Source of the DNA: a virus
Virus record (IMG/VR): IMGVR_UViG_3300025009_000011
DNA: 64,000 nt
Strand: one strand, 5' to 3'
A model generated the notes under the pieces. The model did no database searches. It was not told the origin of the DNA and saw only the letters and a program-made list of their open reading frames with translations. This document shows, piece after piece, positions 53,153 to 61,540 of this stretch (within the stretch, counting starts at the first letter, position 1; each line of letters opens with the position of its first letter). A program made the translations under genes and the position numbers.

Positions 53153-53662
53153 TCAGTCCTCCGATGACTCGATATCGACTACCTCACCCTGAATTTGTGA
53201 TCGCTCCATGATCTCTATCATGAGCTTGAGATCAGCGTCGGAGAGAGCAGCGATGCTCTGGATTTGTAGAGGGCCACCGTTGGGGCCAGTTTGCTCTATT
53301 GTTTGGACATCCTTCCAGCCGTAGTTCTTGAGGGCGAAGATAGCACCAGTGGGAGACTTGGCTCTGTATAGCTCTTTTTCGGCGTAATTGTGGCACTTCA
53401 GCTTCGCGCGTTTGATTGCGTCAACAAACTGAATATCATAATTACTCCTTTGTGTCTCTATTTCCATCAATGTTTCCCGGCTAGTATCGAGGTCTAATGC
53501 CAATCCAGTAATAGTAAAAGGTTCTATCTGTACCTTCTTCCCTGTATCAGCATCAATTTCAAAGCATGAATCAAAATAAGCATCTATCTTACTCTGCATT
53601 TCCTTTATTGATTGAAACTTCAGAGGCCTACCTCCTGCATGCTTCACTCTCTCTGCTATCAT
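53153..53662 (-). CDS. terS: terminase small subunit
   Basis: HAGGRPLKFQSIKEMQSKIDAYFDSC..PFTITGLALDLDTSRETLMEIE, an N-terminal HTH pattern typical of TerS. Confidence 0.65.
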   Translation of the reverse strand: MIAERVKHAGGRPLKFQSIKEMQSKIDAYFDSCFEIDADTGKKVQIEPFTITGLALDLDTSRETLMEIETQRSNYDIQFVDAIKRAKLKCHNYAEKELYRAKSPTGAIFALKNYGWKDVQTIEQTGPNGGPLQIQSIAALSDADLKLMIEIMERSQIQGEVVDIESSED

Positions 53663-53689
53663 CAGCTATCTACCTCCTTAAATACCCCA

Positions 53690-53741
53690 CTACAACCCCT
53701 ACAACCCACTTCTAAGCCTACAAACCACAATCAAGCTACAA
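53690..53741. repeat. four CTACAA (TTGTAG on - strand) repeats upstream of terS
   Basis: Copies at 53690, 53699, 53718 and 53736. The + strand here is almost devoid of G. Confidence 0.6.
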
Positions 53742-53779
53742 TCCATACCAACTAACAACATAATAGGCTTAAAACTACA

Positions 53780-53887
53780 CTACAGCACATGTGTCGCAGA
53801 TTGACCACACATAGGACAATATTCACTATCATCCCAAGTATACATACAGCGATTACATCCGTACTTATTAACTACAGTAACAGCCAT
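53780..53887 (-). CDS. 35-aa zinc-ribbon peptide
   Basis: MAVTVVNKYGCNRCMYTWDDSEYCPMCGQSATHVL after GAGGTGA. Confidence 0.45.
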   Translation of the reverse strand: MAVTVVNKYGCNRCMYTWDDSEYCPMCGQSATHVL

Positions 53888-53984
53888 AATTTAATCACCT
53901 CAAACCATCTTCCTTCTATAAACCACAACACCCCAACAACAGCACAACAGCACAACAAAATAAATATAACATTCCCTTTGAATA

Positions 53985-54012
53985 TTGCTTGCTAAATCAA
54001 TAAAGCTATGAT
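53985..54012 (+). promoter_or_regulatory. sigmaA-like promoter of the rightward island
   Basis: TTGCTT, 16 nt, TATGAT. Confidence 0.5.
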
Positions 54013-54052
54013 AGTATAAGTCAATGAAACAAATAACGAGGGGGAAACAACA

Positions 54053-54523
54053 ATGAAAATAATAAACGCTCTAGAAACTCTGAAAGCTAAAGGTATCACC
54101 AATTTAACTGGTATGGTTGGTCAAACTGACATTAACGTGTATATCGAAAATGCTCGCAAAGGTGATGAGAACGCCGTTGATGTACTCAACAGATATCCTG
54201 GCATGAGTTGGGCAATTTACCACATGGATCACATAGACGACCACTACATCGTCGAGACAAACGGCCACCACATCATAGTTACTAAGTACGATAACCACGA
54301 TATGCCGACATACAGCGACTACGACACCGACGAAGAAATGTATGCCGCGTTCAAAGAATGGCGTATTATGCGAGATGCAAACTCCATAGCTGATGAGATG
54401 ACCGCAAAGCGTCCTGATGAATTACCTCGTACAGCATGGGTACTTATCGCAACATCCGAACTAAGGGCAGCACACAAGGTAGCCGCGGAAGCATTTGAAC
54501 GTGAATATCCAAGCGTCAACTAA
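54053..54523 (+). CDS. hypothetical protein
   Basis: 156-aa ORF after SD GAGGGGGA. Confidence 0.55.
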   Translation: MKIINALETLKAKGITNLTGMVGQTDINVYIENARKGDENAVDVLNRYPGMSWAIYHMDHIDDHYIVETNGHHIIVTKYDNHDMPTYSDYDTDEEMYAAFKEWRIMRDANSIADEMTAKRPDELPRTAWVLIATSELRAAHKVAAEAFEREYPSVN

Positions 54524-54610
54524 TCCTAGAGAGCTTTTGCTCTCACCTCACTAACTCGACAACAGCCGGGTTGATGAGGTGGAAGTAAAAACTAAGAGGA
54601 GGAAAACAAG

Positions 54611-55441
54611 ATGGCAGCAACTAAACAAAGCGTCTACGAACTGGTAACTGAGCGCATCATCAAAAAACTTGAATCAGGCGTCATCCCTTGGCGTAAACCT
54701 TGGAACTCATGCGGAGCAGTAGCTTGGGAAACTCAAAAAGAATATCGCGGCATCAATGCAATGCTACTCGAACCCGGCGAATATGCAACCTTCAATAAAA
54801 TTAAGGAAGCTGGCGGAAAAGTAAAAAAAGGCGCTAAAGGCCAAATGGTTGTTTTCTGGAAAATGTTCGAGAATGAAGAAGACGCAAGTAAGAAAATTCC
54901 CTTCCTGCGCTACTTCACAGTTTTCGAGATCAACACCCAATGCGAAGGACTAAAGAGCAAGCGCAAGGACGCACCCATTAACGAACACAGCCCAATCGAA
55001 ACAGCAGAGCAAATAAAAGAAGCCTACCGGAATTGCCCTCCGATAAGCTACGCGCCAGGTAAAGCCTTCTATATGCCTTCCGCCGACTCAATAAGTGTAC
55101 CAGAAATCAACGACTACAACAACCCCGAGGAATTCTACTCTACCATGTTTCACGAGATGGTCCACAGCACAGGCCACAAGTCAAGATTGAACCGGACCGG
55201 GATCACCGCTATTGCAGCTTTCGGAAGTGAAACATACAGCAAAGAGGAATTAGTAGCAGAGATTGGAGCCGCGATGCTTTGCACAGTCGCAGGAATTGAC
55301 CAAACAACCTTTGAAAACTCAGCATCTTACGTCTCATCTTGGCTCAGAGCATTAAAGGGAGATCCCAAGCTCGTAGTATTCGCAGCAAGTCAAGCGCAGA
55401 AAGCAGCCGACCACATCAGAGGAATCAAAGCAGAGTATTAA
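54611..55441 (+). CDS. ardC: ArdC-like antirestriction protein (ssDNA-binding N-domain plus zincin peptidase)
   Basis: VIPWRKPW..YRGINAMLL at the N-terminus, then FHEMVHSTGH..EELVAEIGAAML. Confidence 0.8.
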   Translation: MAATKQSVYELVTERIIKKLESGVIPWRKPWNSCGAVAWETQKEYRGINAMLLEPGEYATFNKIKEAGGKVKKGAKGQMVVFWKMFENEEDASKKIPFLRYFTVFEINTQCEGLKSKRKDAPINEHSPIETAEQIKEAYRNCPPISYAPGKAFYMPSADSISVPEINDYNNPEEFYSTMFHEMVHSTGHKSRLNRTGITAIAAFGSETYSKEELVAEIGAAMLCTVAGIDQTTFENSASYVSSWLRALKGDPKLVVFAASQAQKAADHIRGIKAEY

Positions 55442-55491
55442 TTAATAAGGTCAGCCGGGGACCAATGCCCGGCGTTGAAGGAGGAAACCAC

Positions 55492-55686
55492 ATGCAAATA
55501 GGACAACGCTTCTTATCACTATCCAAGATCGACACACACTATCGACTCTATGAACTAACCGCGATCATCGAAGGAACAACCAACAGCCATATCATCCACG
55601 AGGTTCACACAGGGGAGATATGCGAAGTAGAACCGGAATGGTTCAATCAGCGCAGAATTGAATTAGTAAGCGCAGGTGTTATTTAA
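55492..55686 (+). CDS. hypothetical protein
   Basis: ATG 55492 follows GAAGGAGGAA. The track ORF 55339 start overlaps ardC. Confidence 0.45.
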   Translation: MQIGQRFLSLSKIDTHYRLYELTAIIEGTTNSHIIHEVHTGEICEVEPEWFNQRRIELVSAGVI

Positions 55687-55856
55687 TGCCTAAAGGCGGC
55701 AAACGAGAAGGAGCAGGACGCAAGCCTCTGCGATCCACTACAGGCATCAACAAAACCATCCGCTTTACTGAAGCAGAATGGAATGAAATCACAGTGGCCG
55801 CGCTACTCTGCGGAATGACACCATCCCAATACGTCAGGACCAAGGCTCTCCAATAG
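55686..55856 (+). CDS. RHH-like protein with GGKREGAGRKP arm
   Basis: MPKGGKREGAGRKPLRSTTGINKTIRFTEAEWNEITVAALLCGMTPSQYVRTKALQ. Preferred over the antisense track ORF 55679-55924. Confidence 0.5.
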   Translation: MPKGGKREGAGRKPLRSTTGINKTIRFTEAEWNEITVAALLCGMTPSQYVRTKALQ

Positions 55857-56025
55857 CGAGAGTCTTTCCTTATCCCAAGCTCACCGATTAACATTGCAGT
55901 TGCAACGCTAATTACTAAGCTCATGCCATCCTAAAATAATTTTGATTAAATTCCCATAAATCATGTTGACATCTATATTGATTAGCAGTACGATAAATCA
56001 AGATCAAATAAAGGAGGTCGCCAAC

Positions 56026-56472
56026 ATGCTCTACCACCGCTTTACCAACTCTAATAATCCAATGTCAAACTGGGGTCATGCGATGTTTGCTACTAATAGA
56101 TTAAAAGTCGAAAACTATGGCAAGAACGAGTTTACCTTTAAATCCACTAAAGATAATCGCCGGACAATCAAATCCCTCAAGTCGCTCATCGTTAAAACAT
56201 GGAAGCACGATCAGCAAAACGGCTTTACTGGGGATTTTGGCAACAACTGCACGGACGATTACTATTACAACGTAAAGGACAATGACGTTGACGCACTCAG
56301 TATATACAACAGCTTTGACCCATCCGACATTGTAGACTCTGCCAACGCTTGGGACTCTGATCTATACCAATGGTTTTGGGAGCGTATCGCAGAACCAAAC
56401 GGCATCATGGCCGTCACAACGCAAGATGGCGCAATAATATTTGATGCAGACTTAATCAAGGAGGTATGCTAA
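56026..56472 (+). CDS. hypothetical protein
   Basis: ATG 56026 follows AAGGAGG. No motif that I can assign. Confidence 0.5.
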   Translation: MLYHRFTNSNNPMSNWGHAMFATNRLKVENYGKNEFTFKSTKDNRRTIKSLKSLIVKTWKHDQQNGFTGDFGNNCTDDYYYNVKDNDVDALSIYNSFDPSDIVDSANAWDSDLYQWFWERIAEPNGIMAVTTQDGAIIFDADLIKEVC

Positions 56473-56733
56473 ATGTCTAACGAGGATGATGTTATGTTTT
56501 CTAGGATAGCAAAAGTTAAAGCTGCCATTAGTAAAGTATTGGAGGGATGTTCGACAACCTTACCTGCAATCAATTTTGGTTGGAGTGGATCAACTATCGA
56601 CGTTTACTTAGATGGTGGTAGTTATCAAGTCCGTAACCTAATTGAGTCCTATTTTGTAAACAGCAGAAGGTATAAAGGGGTTACAATCCAAAATAACGAC
56701 ACCAAAAAACGTATTAGTTTTTATCTGGCTTAA
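56473..56733 (+). CDS. hypothetical protein
   Basis: TAAATG coupling. Confidence 0.45.
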   Translation: MSNEDDVMFSRIAKVKAAISKVLEGCSTTLPAINFGWSGSTIDVYLDGGSYQVRNLIESYFVNSRRYKGVTIQNNDTKKRISFYLA

Positions 56734-56756
56734 TTTTAAAAAAGGAGTTTTATAAA

Positions 56757-57023
56757 ATGAAAAAATACGAGTATTACGAGATCACCGCCCAAAAATGCAT
56801 CAATAAGGACACTGGAAACGAATTTTACGGTCCAAGTAACGATGCCGATTACGACGAAATTAACTTTAAAGTGCGCGGAGTTTCCCATTCGCAGCACATA
56901 TGGAGCAGTACCTACATCAACGGGCTTAGCAAAAAAGCTGAATTAAAAATTAAGCAGCTCAAAAATGATGGTTATGACGTCCGGACCAGCGTTGGTGGCA
57001 GAAGGGTTGGTGTTAATAATTAA
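56757..57023 (+). CDS. hypothetical protein
   Basis: SD AAGGAG. Confidence 0.45.
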   Translation: MKKYEYYEITAQKCINKDTGNEFYGPSNDADYDEINFKVRGVSHSQHIWSSTYINGLSKKAELKIKQLKNDGYDVRTSVGGRRVGVNN

Positions 57024-57036
57024 GGAAAAAGTTACG

Positions 57037-57213
57037 ATTAATAAGAATTCCCAAGCCCAACACGGAGGCTACCGCCCTGGCTCCGGTCGCAAACCAACAG
57101 GCCGCACTCGCCGAACATTTCAACTCACCGATACCGAGTACGCTAAGCTAAAAGGGCTACTCGATAAACTGAGGACCGCAAAATCCAGCGAAGAAAATGA
57201 AAGAAGGAATTAA
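57037..57213 (+). CDS. RHH-like protein with GGYRPGSGRKP arm (start uncertain)
   Basis: ..HGGYRPGSGRKPTGRTRRTFQLTDTEYAKLKGLLDKL. In-frame ATGs occur only at 56965-56974, inside the upstream gene. ATT 57037 follows AAGGAAAAAG. Confidence 0.4.
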   Translation: MNKNSQAQHGGYRPGSGRKPTGRTRRTFQLTDTEYAKLKGLLDKLRTAKSSEENERRN

Positions 57214-57214
57214 A

Positions 57215-57367
57215 ATGGCAAATAACCTAACCCTAGAAAACCTATTCCGATTGACCGATGAGCAAAAAATTGAAGCATTCGAGAGAATAGCGAACATCTA
57301 CATGAGTACCACTGATCCCGACGAACTTGACTATAGTATCTCTAGTGTCCTTAATTCGTATATGTAG
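57215..57367 (+). CDS. 50-aa acidic peptide
   Basis: MANNLTLENLFRLTDEQKIEAFERIANIYM... Confidence 0.35.
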   Translation: MANNLTLENLFRLTDEQKIEAFERIANIYMSTTDPDELDYSISSVLNSYM

Positions 57368-57423
57368 TAATCCATGAAACCCCAAAGCCAAGACGGGCTA
57401 AATCGGCGTAAGGAGGAAAACAC

Positions 57424-57627
57424 ATGTTTAACCCAACAAACCTAATGACCGTCAACCAAGAGGCTATCCAAACCCACGCGCCCCGGTATATTGAACTATT
57501 CACCGCTAAGTTCGGCCACCCTCCCACATCGTGGTTTTCTTACTTCAGGTGGCTCGCATCCAACAACTCAGTTGGATCATTCAGCGACAATGATGTTCAA
57601 TTAGCAAAGAAGGTACTCGGACTATGA
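57424..57627 (+). CDS. hypothetical protein
   Basis: SD AAGGAGGAA. Confidence 0.45.
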   Translation: MFNPTNLMTVNQEAIQTHAPRYIELFTAKFGHPPTSWFSYFRWLASNNSVGSFSDNDVQLAKKVLGL

Positions 57628-57908
57628 CAAACTACAAACTCGTAATGGAAATCATATCCCTCGCTGTCCTGATCAACGAAAACACTGAACTATGCACATT
57701 CATTGACTTCTCCGGCCATATCAAGTCGATTAATGTCAGAGTTTTCCCCTCAAAATCAGAGGAACATACCCAAAACGTACACAGGCTTTACTCTACAAAC
57801 TCCTACTACGAGGAAGAATCATGGATGAAAGAGGGTGAGGTATTAACTCAACTGCAAGCAGTCAAAGAAGTTTTAAAAGGTTATCTGCTCGACATTCAGG
57901 AGTCCTAA
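57624..57908 (+). CDS. hypothetical protein
   Basis: 4-nt overlap. Confidence 0.45.
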   Translation: MTNYKLVMEIISLAVLINENTELCTFIDFSGHIKSINVRVFPSKSEEHTQNVHRLYSTNSYYEEESWMKEGEVLTQLQAVKEVLKGYLLDIQES

Positions 57909-58013
57909 AGATAGGGCTCCCTTTTTACCTTAGAGGGCTTTTCCTTATCGGGACAATGCTTCTGTCGAGTACATAATTTGCAACCCACAATAAGTTACAC
58001 CCCCTGAAAATTA

Positions 58014-58059
58014 GAAAAGACGCTCCGCGCCACATTATAGGCCGCGAGCGTCTTTTGTT
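58014..58059. terminator. bidirectional terminator between convergent blocks
   Basis: AGACGCTC..GAGCGTCT outer stem with a GC-rich inner stem, preceded by an A-run and followed by a T-run. Confidence 0.6.
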
Positions 58060-58139
58060 TATGCAGAGTTATTTTGTCCCCTAAAGTGTATCATGTGTAT
58101 TGCTGAATCCCAAAGCATTACTATTGTATTGTGTTTGCA

Positions 58140-58631
58140 CTATTGTTGCGTTGTTATCTCCCCGAACATTTCAGCTAATTCCCTTACAGCCTCATCTCTC
58201 ATGCGCTCATACACTCTGTAGTTCAACATCCTTTTACTGTGCTTCTTCGCATGATTTCTAAGGGTGATTGAGGCTCCTTTATCCTGTCCGAATTCGGTAA
58301 GGTATCTTACTTTTACTATCAGCTGTTTAGGTTCCGACAATTTACCGACCGCATAGTCGATGATTTCTATTTCATTTCTCGCCTCTTGTAGAGCTTTCTT
58401 TTTACTAGCTATAGTAGATGCTAGATCACCTGTCGAGTCACTAACACCGCTACCGTGTGGCATGTCAGTATATACCTGCGTTGTCTTAACGCCCATAGCG
58501 GATAATTCCCTTAGTAAGCAGTCTATGATGTCCGCACGCCCCTTGTAGCGCGTTAAACGGGCTATTGTGGTGTAATGCCAAGTAGGATGTCGCGGCTTCT
58601 TTTCTGTTTGTTGCAAGATTATCCCCTCCAT
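58140..58631 (-). CDS. ArpU/RinA-like late transcriptional regulator (tentative)
   Basis: Size, position at the end of the early block, and a C-terminal sigma-region-4-like helix pattern. Start taken at MEGIILQQ. Confidence 0.4.
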   Translation of the reverse strand: MEGIILQQTEKKPRHPTWHYTTIARLTRYKGRADIIDCLLRELSAMGVKTTQVYTDMPHGSGVSDSTGDLASTIASKKKALQEARNEIEIIDYAVGKLSEPKQLIVKVRYLTEFGQDKGASITLRNHAKKHSKRMLNYRVYERMRDEAVRELAEMFGEITTQQ

Positions 58632-58786
58632 CAAGGTATCCTTATCCCTAAAGCTACTGCAGTCGCCAAACCTGTCCACAGTAAGCCAAAAATAGTAGAT
58701 GAAATTGGGTCCTTCTTAATCCTATTGGCGTTCCACCCAATATTTAATATCGCAAAACCGAATATAATCATGTCATTATAAGTCAT
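58631..58786 (-). CDS. 51-aa two-TM peptide
   Basis: MTYNDMIIFGFAILNIGWNANRIKKDPISSTIFGLLWTGLATAVALGIRIP. Confidence 0.35.
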   Translation of the reverse strand: MTYNDMIIFGFAILNIGWNANRIKKDPISSTIFGLLWTGLATAVALGIRIP

Positions 58787-58790
58787 TTAT

Positions 58791-59192
58791 CTATTCCTCC
58801 AAACTCTTGATATCAACCACAATACCCCGACAATACTTCTCCCCTTCATCCATCACATCGAATGTCGCATGGGGTATATCCGTCTCATACGTCCAACAGG
58901 GTAATTCGTGGTCATTCCAAACTACCTCGATTGTCTTACATTTTTCCTTAGCCAACAAATAATATGAGCATTCGCATTCGCACTCTTCGAGCAATCTTTC
59001 ACCATCGAAATGGATTGTACTACCCTCGAAGCAACTTACCTCGCCGTCAATCGCGCCCCTTAATTCGCACAGATCATCTGATGCGCCGAAAACAACCACA
59101 AATCCCAGTTCTTTAGCCCTACCATCTTCATTCCATGATTCATCACCATATTCATTACCATCCAGCATCTTCGCAAATTCTTGTATTGTCAT
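58791..59192 (-). CDS. Cys-rich hypothetical protein
   Basis: 133-aa ORF, ..GFVVVFGASDDLCELRGAIDGEV.. Confidence 0.5.
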   Translation of the reverse strand: MTIQEFAKMLDGNEYGDESWNEDGRAKELGFVVVFGASDDLCELRGAIDGEVSCFEGSTIHFDGERLLEECECECSYYLLAKEKCKTIEVVWNDHELPCWTYETDIPHATFDVMDEGEKYCRGIVVDIKSLEE

Positions 59193-59317
59193 TATCTCAA
59201 TCCCCTTCCTACCCCTTACAAATATAAGTATCCTCGCCCTTTTGCACTCTGTAGATACTGTCGCTATACGGGTCCAATATCATCACATCAGCCCCGAATA
59301 TCAACTTCAGGATGTCG

Positions 59318-59857
59318 CTAAACTTCAGGCGTAGTTTTAGATTCATGGTTTTCCTCCTGCTTGAGGCATAACCCCATATCTCCTAACTTCCACACAATCT
59401 CCTCAACGCGCTTCCTACCCATATTCCTAACCTGGCACAAATCATCCTCAGACATCTTGACTAAATAACCCACGGAGTCAATTCCTGCACGCTTCAAGCA
59501 GTTATAAGCCCTGACTGAAACATCTAATTCCTCAAGGGTTTTGTCGAGCAAGTTATCTTCCATTTTCTCCACTTTAGGTATGATGTCTTCAAGGCTTTCT
59601 ATCGCTTCCTCCTTGCTCATCCCATACGCTTGTTTAATGTTATTTTTATGGACCTCATTGCCGATTGAAGCGTAAATCCTGTTTAGGGATAATAAATCTG
59701 CAGTTCCAGTTAATGTACCCCTAACAGCAATGCGAGGAAGACCTCCATCTCCATGGTCTATATTCGCACCTCCCACAAGAACTACATCGCACTCAAATTC
59801 CTGCTTGTCACTCTTGTATTCGATCGTTACCTTTACCTTATCCATGCTATTTCCCAT
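59318..59857 (-). CDS. protein with C-terminal RNA polymerase alpha-CTD-like domain
   Basis: LEELDVSVRAYNCLKRAGIDSVGYLVKMSEDDLCQVRNMGRKRVEEIVWKLGDMGLCLKQEE. Confidence 0.75.
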   Translation of the reverse strand: MGNSMDKVKVTIEYKSDKQEFECDVVLVGGANIDHGDGGLPRIAVRGTLTGTADLLSLNRIYASIGNEVHKNNIKQAYGMSKEEAIESLEDIIPKVEKMEDNLLDKTLEELDVSVRAYNCLKRAGIDSVGYLVKMSEDDLCQVRNMGRKRVEEIVWKLGDMGLCLKQEENHESKTTPEV

Positions 59858-60101
59858 CCTTTCTCAACGACAACCCCATGTCCTCCAACTTATCGCTAAC
59901 CTCCTGACAGGTCGTGCGCACAACATTTCTGTACCCCATAAGCTCTTTCCATGACAACTTCACTAAGTCGCCTGAAACCTCTATTCCTGCTCTTCTGAGG
60001 ACGTGATGAGTGCGTGCAGTAAACCCCATATCTGCAAGCTTCACCGTCAAATCTGTGTTATATCGCTTGTCCATTTTTTCGCGAATTTTATCCATTAACA
60101 T
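59847..60101 (-). CDS. stand-alone RNA polymerase alpha-CTD-like protein (diverged)
   Basis: LADMGFTARTHHVLRRAGIEVSGDLVKLSWKELMGYRNVVRTTCQEVSDKLEDMGLSLRKDGK. Confidence 0.6.
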   Translation of the reverse strand: MLMDKIREKMDKRYNTDLTVKLADMGFTARTHHVLRRAGIEVSGDLVKLSWKELMGYRNVVRTTCQEVSDKLEDMGLSLRKDGK

Positions 60102-60116
60102 TTAGTTAATTCCCCC

Positions 60117-60536
60117 TTAATCATCATTCCCAGATCTTCTCGGGCAAGATACAAACCAATTAAGACCCTTGCTTATAGTGATGGCATTCTTACACTCAGT
60201 AACGTCTTTGCTTGTAACCATTTCCTCATTTGTGCAGAAACCATCAGCGCACCTTAACCTTGTACTCTCCGATGATTCCTTCTCCCTTCGATAATTAATC
60301 TCAAGAGTGCAATATCCTATAATGTCGTTAAGCGTGTCCTCTATGGTCTCCGTTTTAACTTGTGCAGGACTAGAATCCAACTGTTCAATGCGATTCAACT
60401 TATCCTCTATGCGGAGATAGAAGCTAACAGGACCGCGCTTTTCCCTACCCTGCTCGTAATTATCACCATAGTCATTTCGTTTCTTCGCGAGTAGTTCAGC
60501 AATCGGTTCAAGTATGGAACTAAATTTGTCTTTCAT
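60117..60536 (-). CDS. all-alpha MazG-superfamily-like (DUF1599-type) protein, tentative
   Basis: ..AKKRNDYGDNY..FYLRIEDKLNRIEQL..EDTLNDIIGYC.. Confidence 0.4.
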   Translation of the reverse strand: MKDKFSSILEPIAELLAKKRNDYGDNYEQGREKRGPVSFYLRIEDKLNRIEQLDSSPAQVKTETIEDTLNDIIGYCTLEINYRREKESSESTRLRCADGFCTNEEMVTSKDVTECKNAITISKGLNWFVSCPRRSGNDD

Positions 60537-60766
60537 ATCTTATTAACTCCTTTTATTATCTTTTCCAAGGTTACTGGATGACCTATAATCTTACCCCCAA
60601 ACAACACATAAACATCCGGGCTCGGAATATTGGAGTAATTATATCCATACCTCTTGATCCATTTCTTTTGTATCCGTTTTTGTCTGTGTTTGTGCTTAAT
60701 TTCCTTGTGTTCGATGGTCATGTAGTTGTTTTTAACCAATTCCATACCGCTAAGATAGTCATTCAT
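60533..60766 (-). CDS. hypothetical protein
   Basis: 4-nt overlap. Confidence 0.4.
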   Translation of the reverse strand: MNDYLSGMELVKNNYMTIEHKEIKHKHRQKRIQKKWIKRYGYNYSNIPSPDVYVLFGGKIIGHPVTLEKIIKGVNKI

Positions 60767-60783
60767 AACGCTTTCCTCCCTCT

Positions 60784-60915
60784 CTATTTTTCAGGCCTAA
60801 CCCATACTGCCATTACTCCGAAATAGATACTATCGGCAACGTTGTGAGTTCTAAATAAATATAAACTTGTAAATATGGAAACGATACTTATAATTCCTCT
60901 CAATCCATTAATCAT
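60784..60915 (-). CDS. 43-aa membrane peptide
   Basis: MINGLRGIISIVSIFTSLYLF.., ATGA-coupled. Confidence 0.3.
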   Translation of the reverse strand: MINGLRGIISIVSIFTSLYLFRTHNVADSIYFGVMAVWVRPEK

Positions 60916-61016
60916 GAGCAAGCACTCCAAGCGCACACAGGGTTAAGGCACGTAACACATCCCCCTTCGTTTCTAAGCCTTTGACCACATTCAGGACAAA
61001 TATTACTGTCTATCAT
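60912..61016 (-). CDS. 34-aa zinc-ribbon peptide
   Basis: MIDSNICPECGQRLRNEGGCVTCLNPVCAWSACS, ATGA-coupled on both sides. Confidence 0.35.
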   Translation of the reverse strand: MIDSNICPECGQRLRNEGGCVTCLNPVCAWSACS

Positions 61017-61513
61017 ACTATTTCCTCCCTCTTCATCGGCTCAATATCTCGGTTTATGCTCCGTTCGGTCGAGAAGCCATTGGGGTATCTAGCCCACAAC
61101 TTATCAATATTAGCCCTTGCCACAACCTCAAGCGTTAAACCAGCCGTATCAGCCAGCGTTGCCACGTACCAAAGTACGTCCCCCAACTCCTTGCAAAGCT
61201 TGTCTTTATCTATCGGGTGTCCATGGTAGAGGACTTTCTTGATATAATCAGCAACTTCCCCAGCTTCCCCGGCGATGCCCAACGCAAAGTTTCCGTAACG
61301 ACAAATTTTATTTTCCATCCCTGCAGTTCGCATTGCAGCTATTTGGTAGCCATTGAGAGAGAATATTCCTACACAATCTAAAGGGGGATTTTCCTCACTA
61401 TCAACCTTAATGCTTCCTATCGGCTCCCAATTCGATTTATCAGGCGTACACGTTGGACAATCCCAAGGAATATCATCGTTTCCTTTGTTTTTACAGGTTT
61501 CACAGGTTTTCAA
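61013..61513 (-). CDS. mazG: MazG-like nucleotide pyrophosphohydrolase with N-terminal zinc ribbon
   Basis: LGIAGEAGEVADYIKK..ELGDVLWYVATLADTAGLTLEVVARANIDKL. Confidence 0.8.
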   Translation of the reverse strand: MKTCETCKNKGNDDIPWDCPTCTPDKSNWEPIGSIKVDSEENPPLDCVGIFSLNGYQIAAMRTAGMENKICRYGNFALGIAGEAGEVADYIKKVLYHGHPIDKDKLCKELGDVLWYVATLADTAGLTLEVVARANIDKLWARYPNGFSTERSINRDIEPMKREEIV

Positions 61514-61540
61514 TTTTAATCATCCTCCCCCATTATTGCG

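Noticed and set aside
55679-55924. 81-aa - strand track ORF
   Set aside because: It is antisense to a better + strand ORF (55686-55856), which has ATG coupling and an RHH-like sequence inside a uniformly + strand operon.
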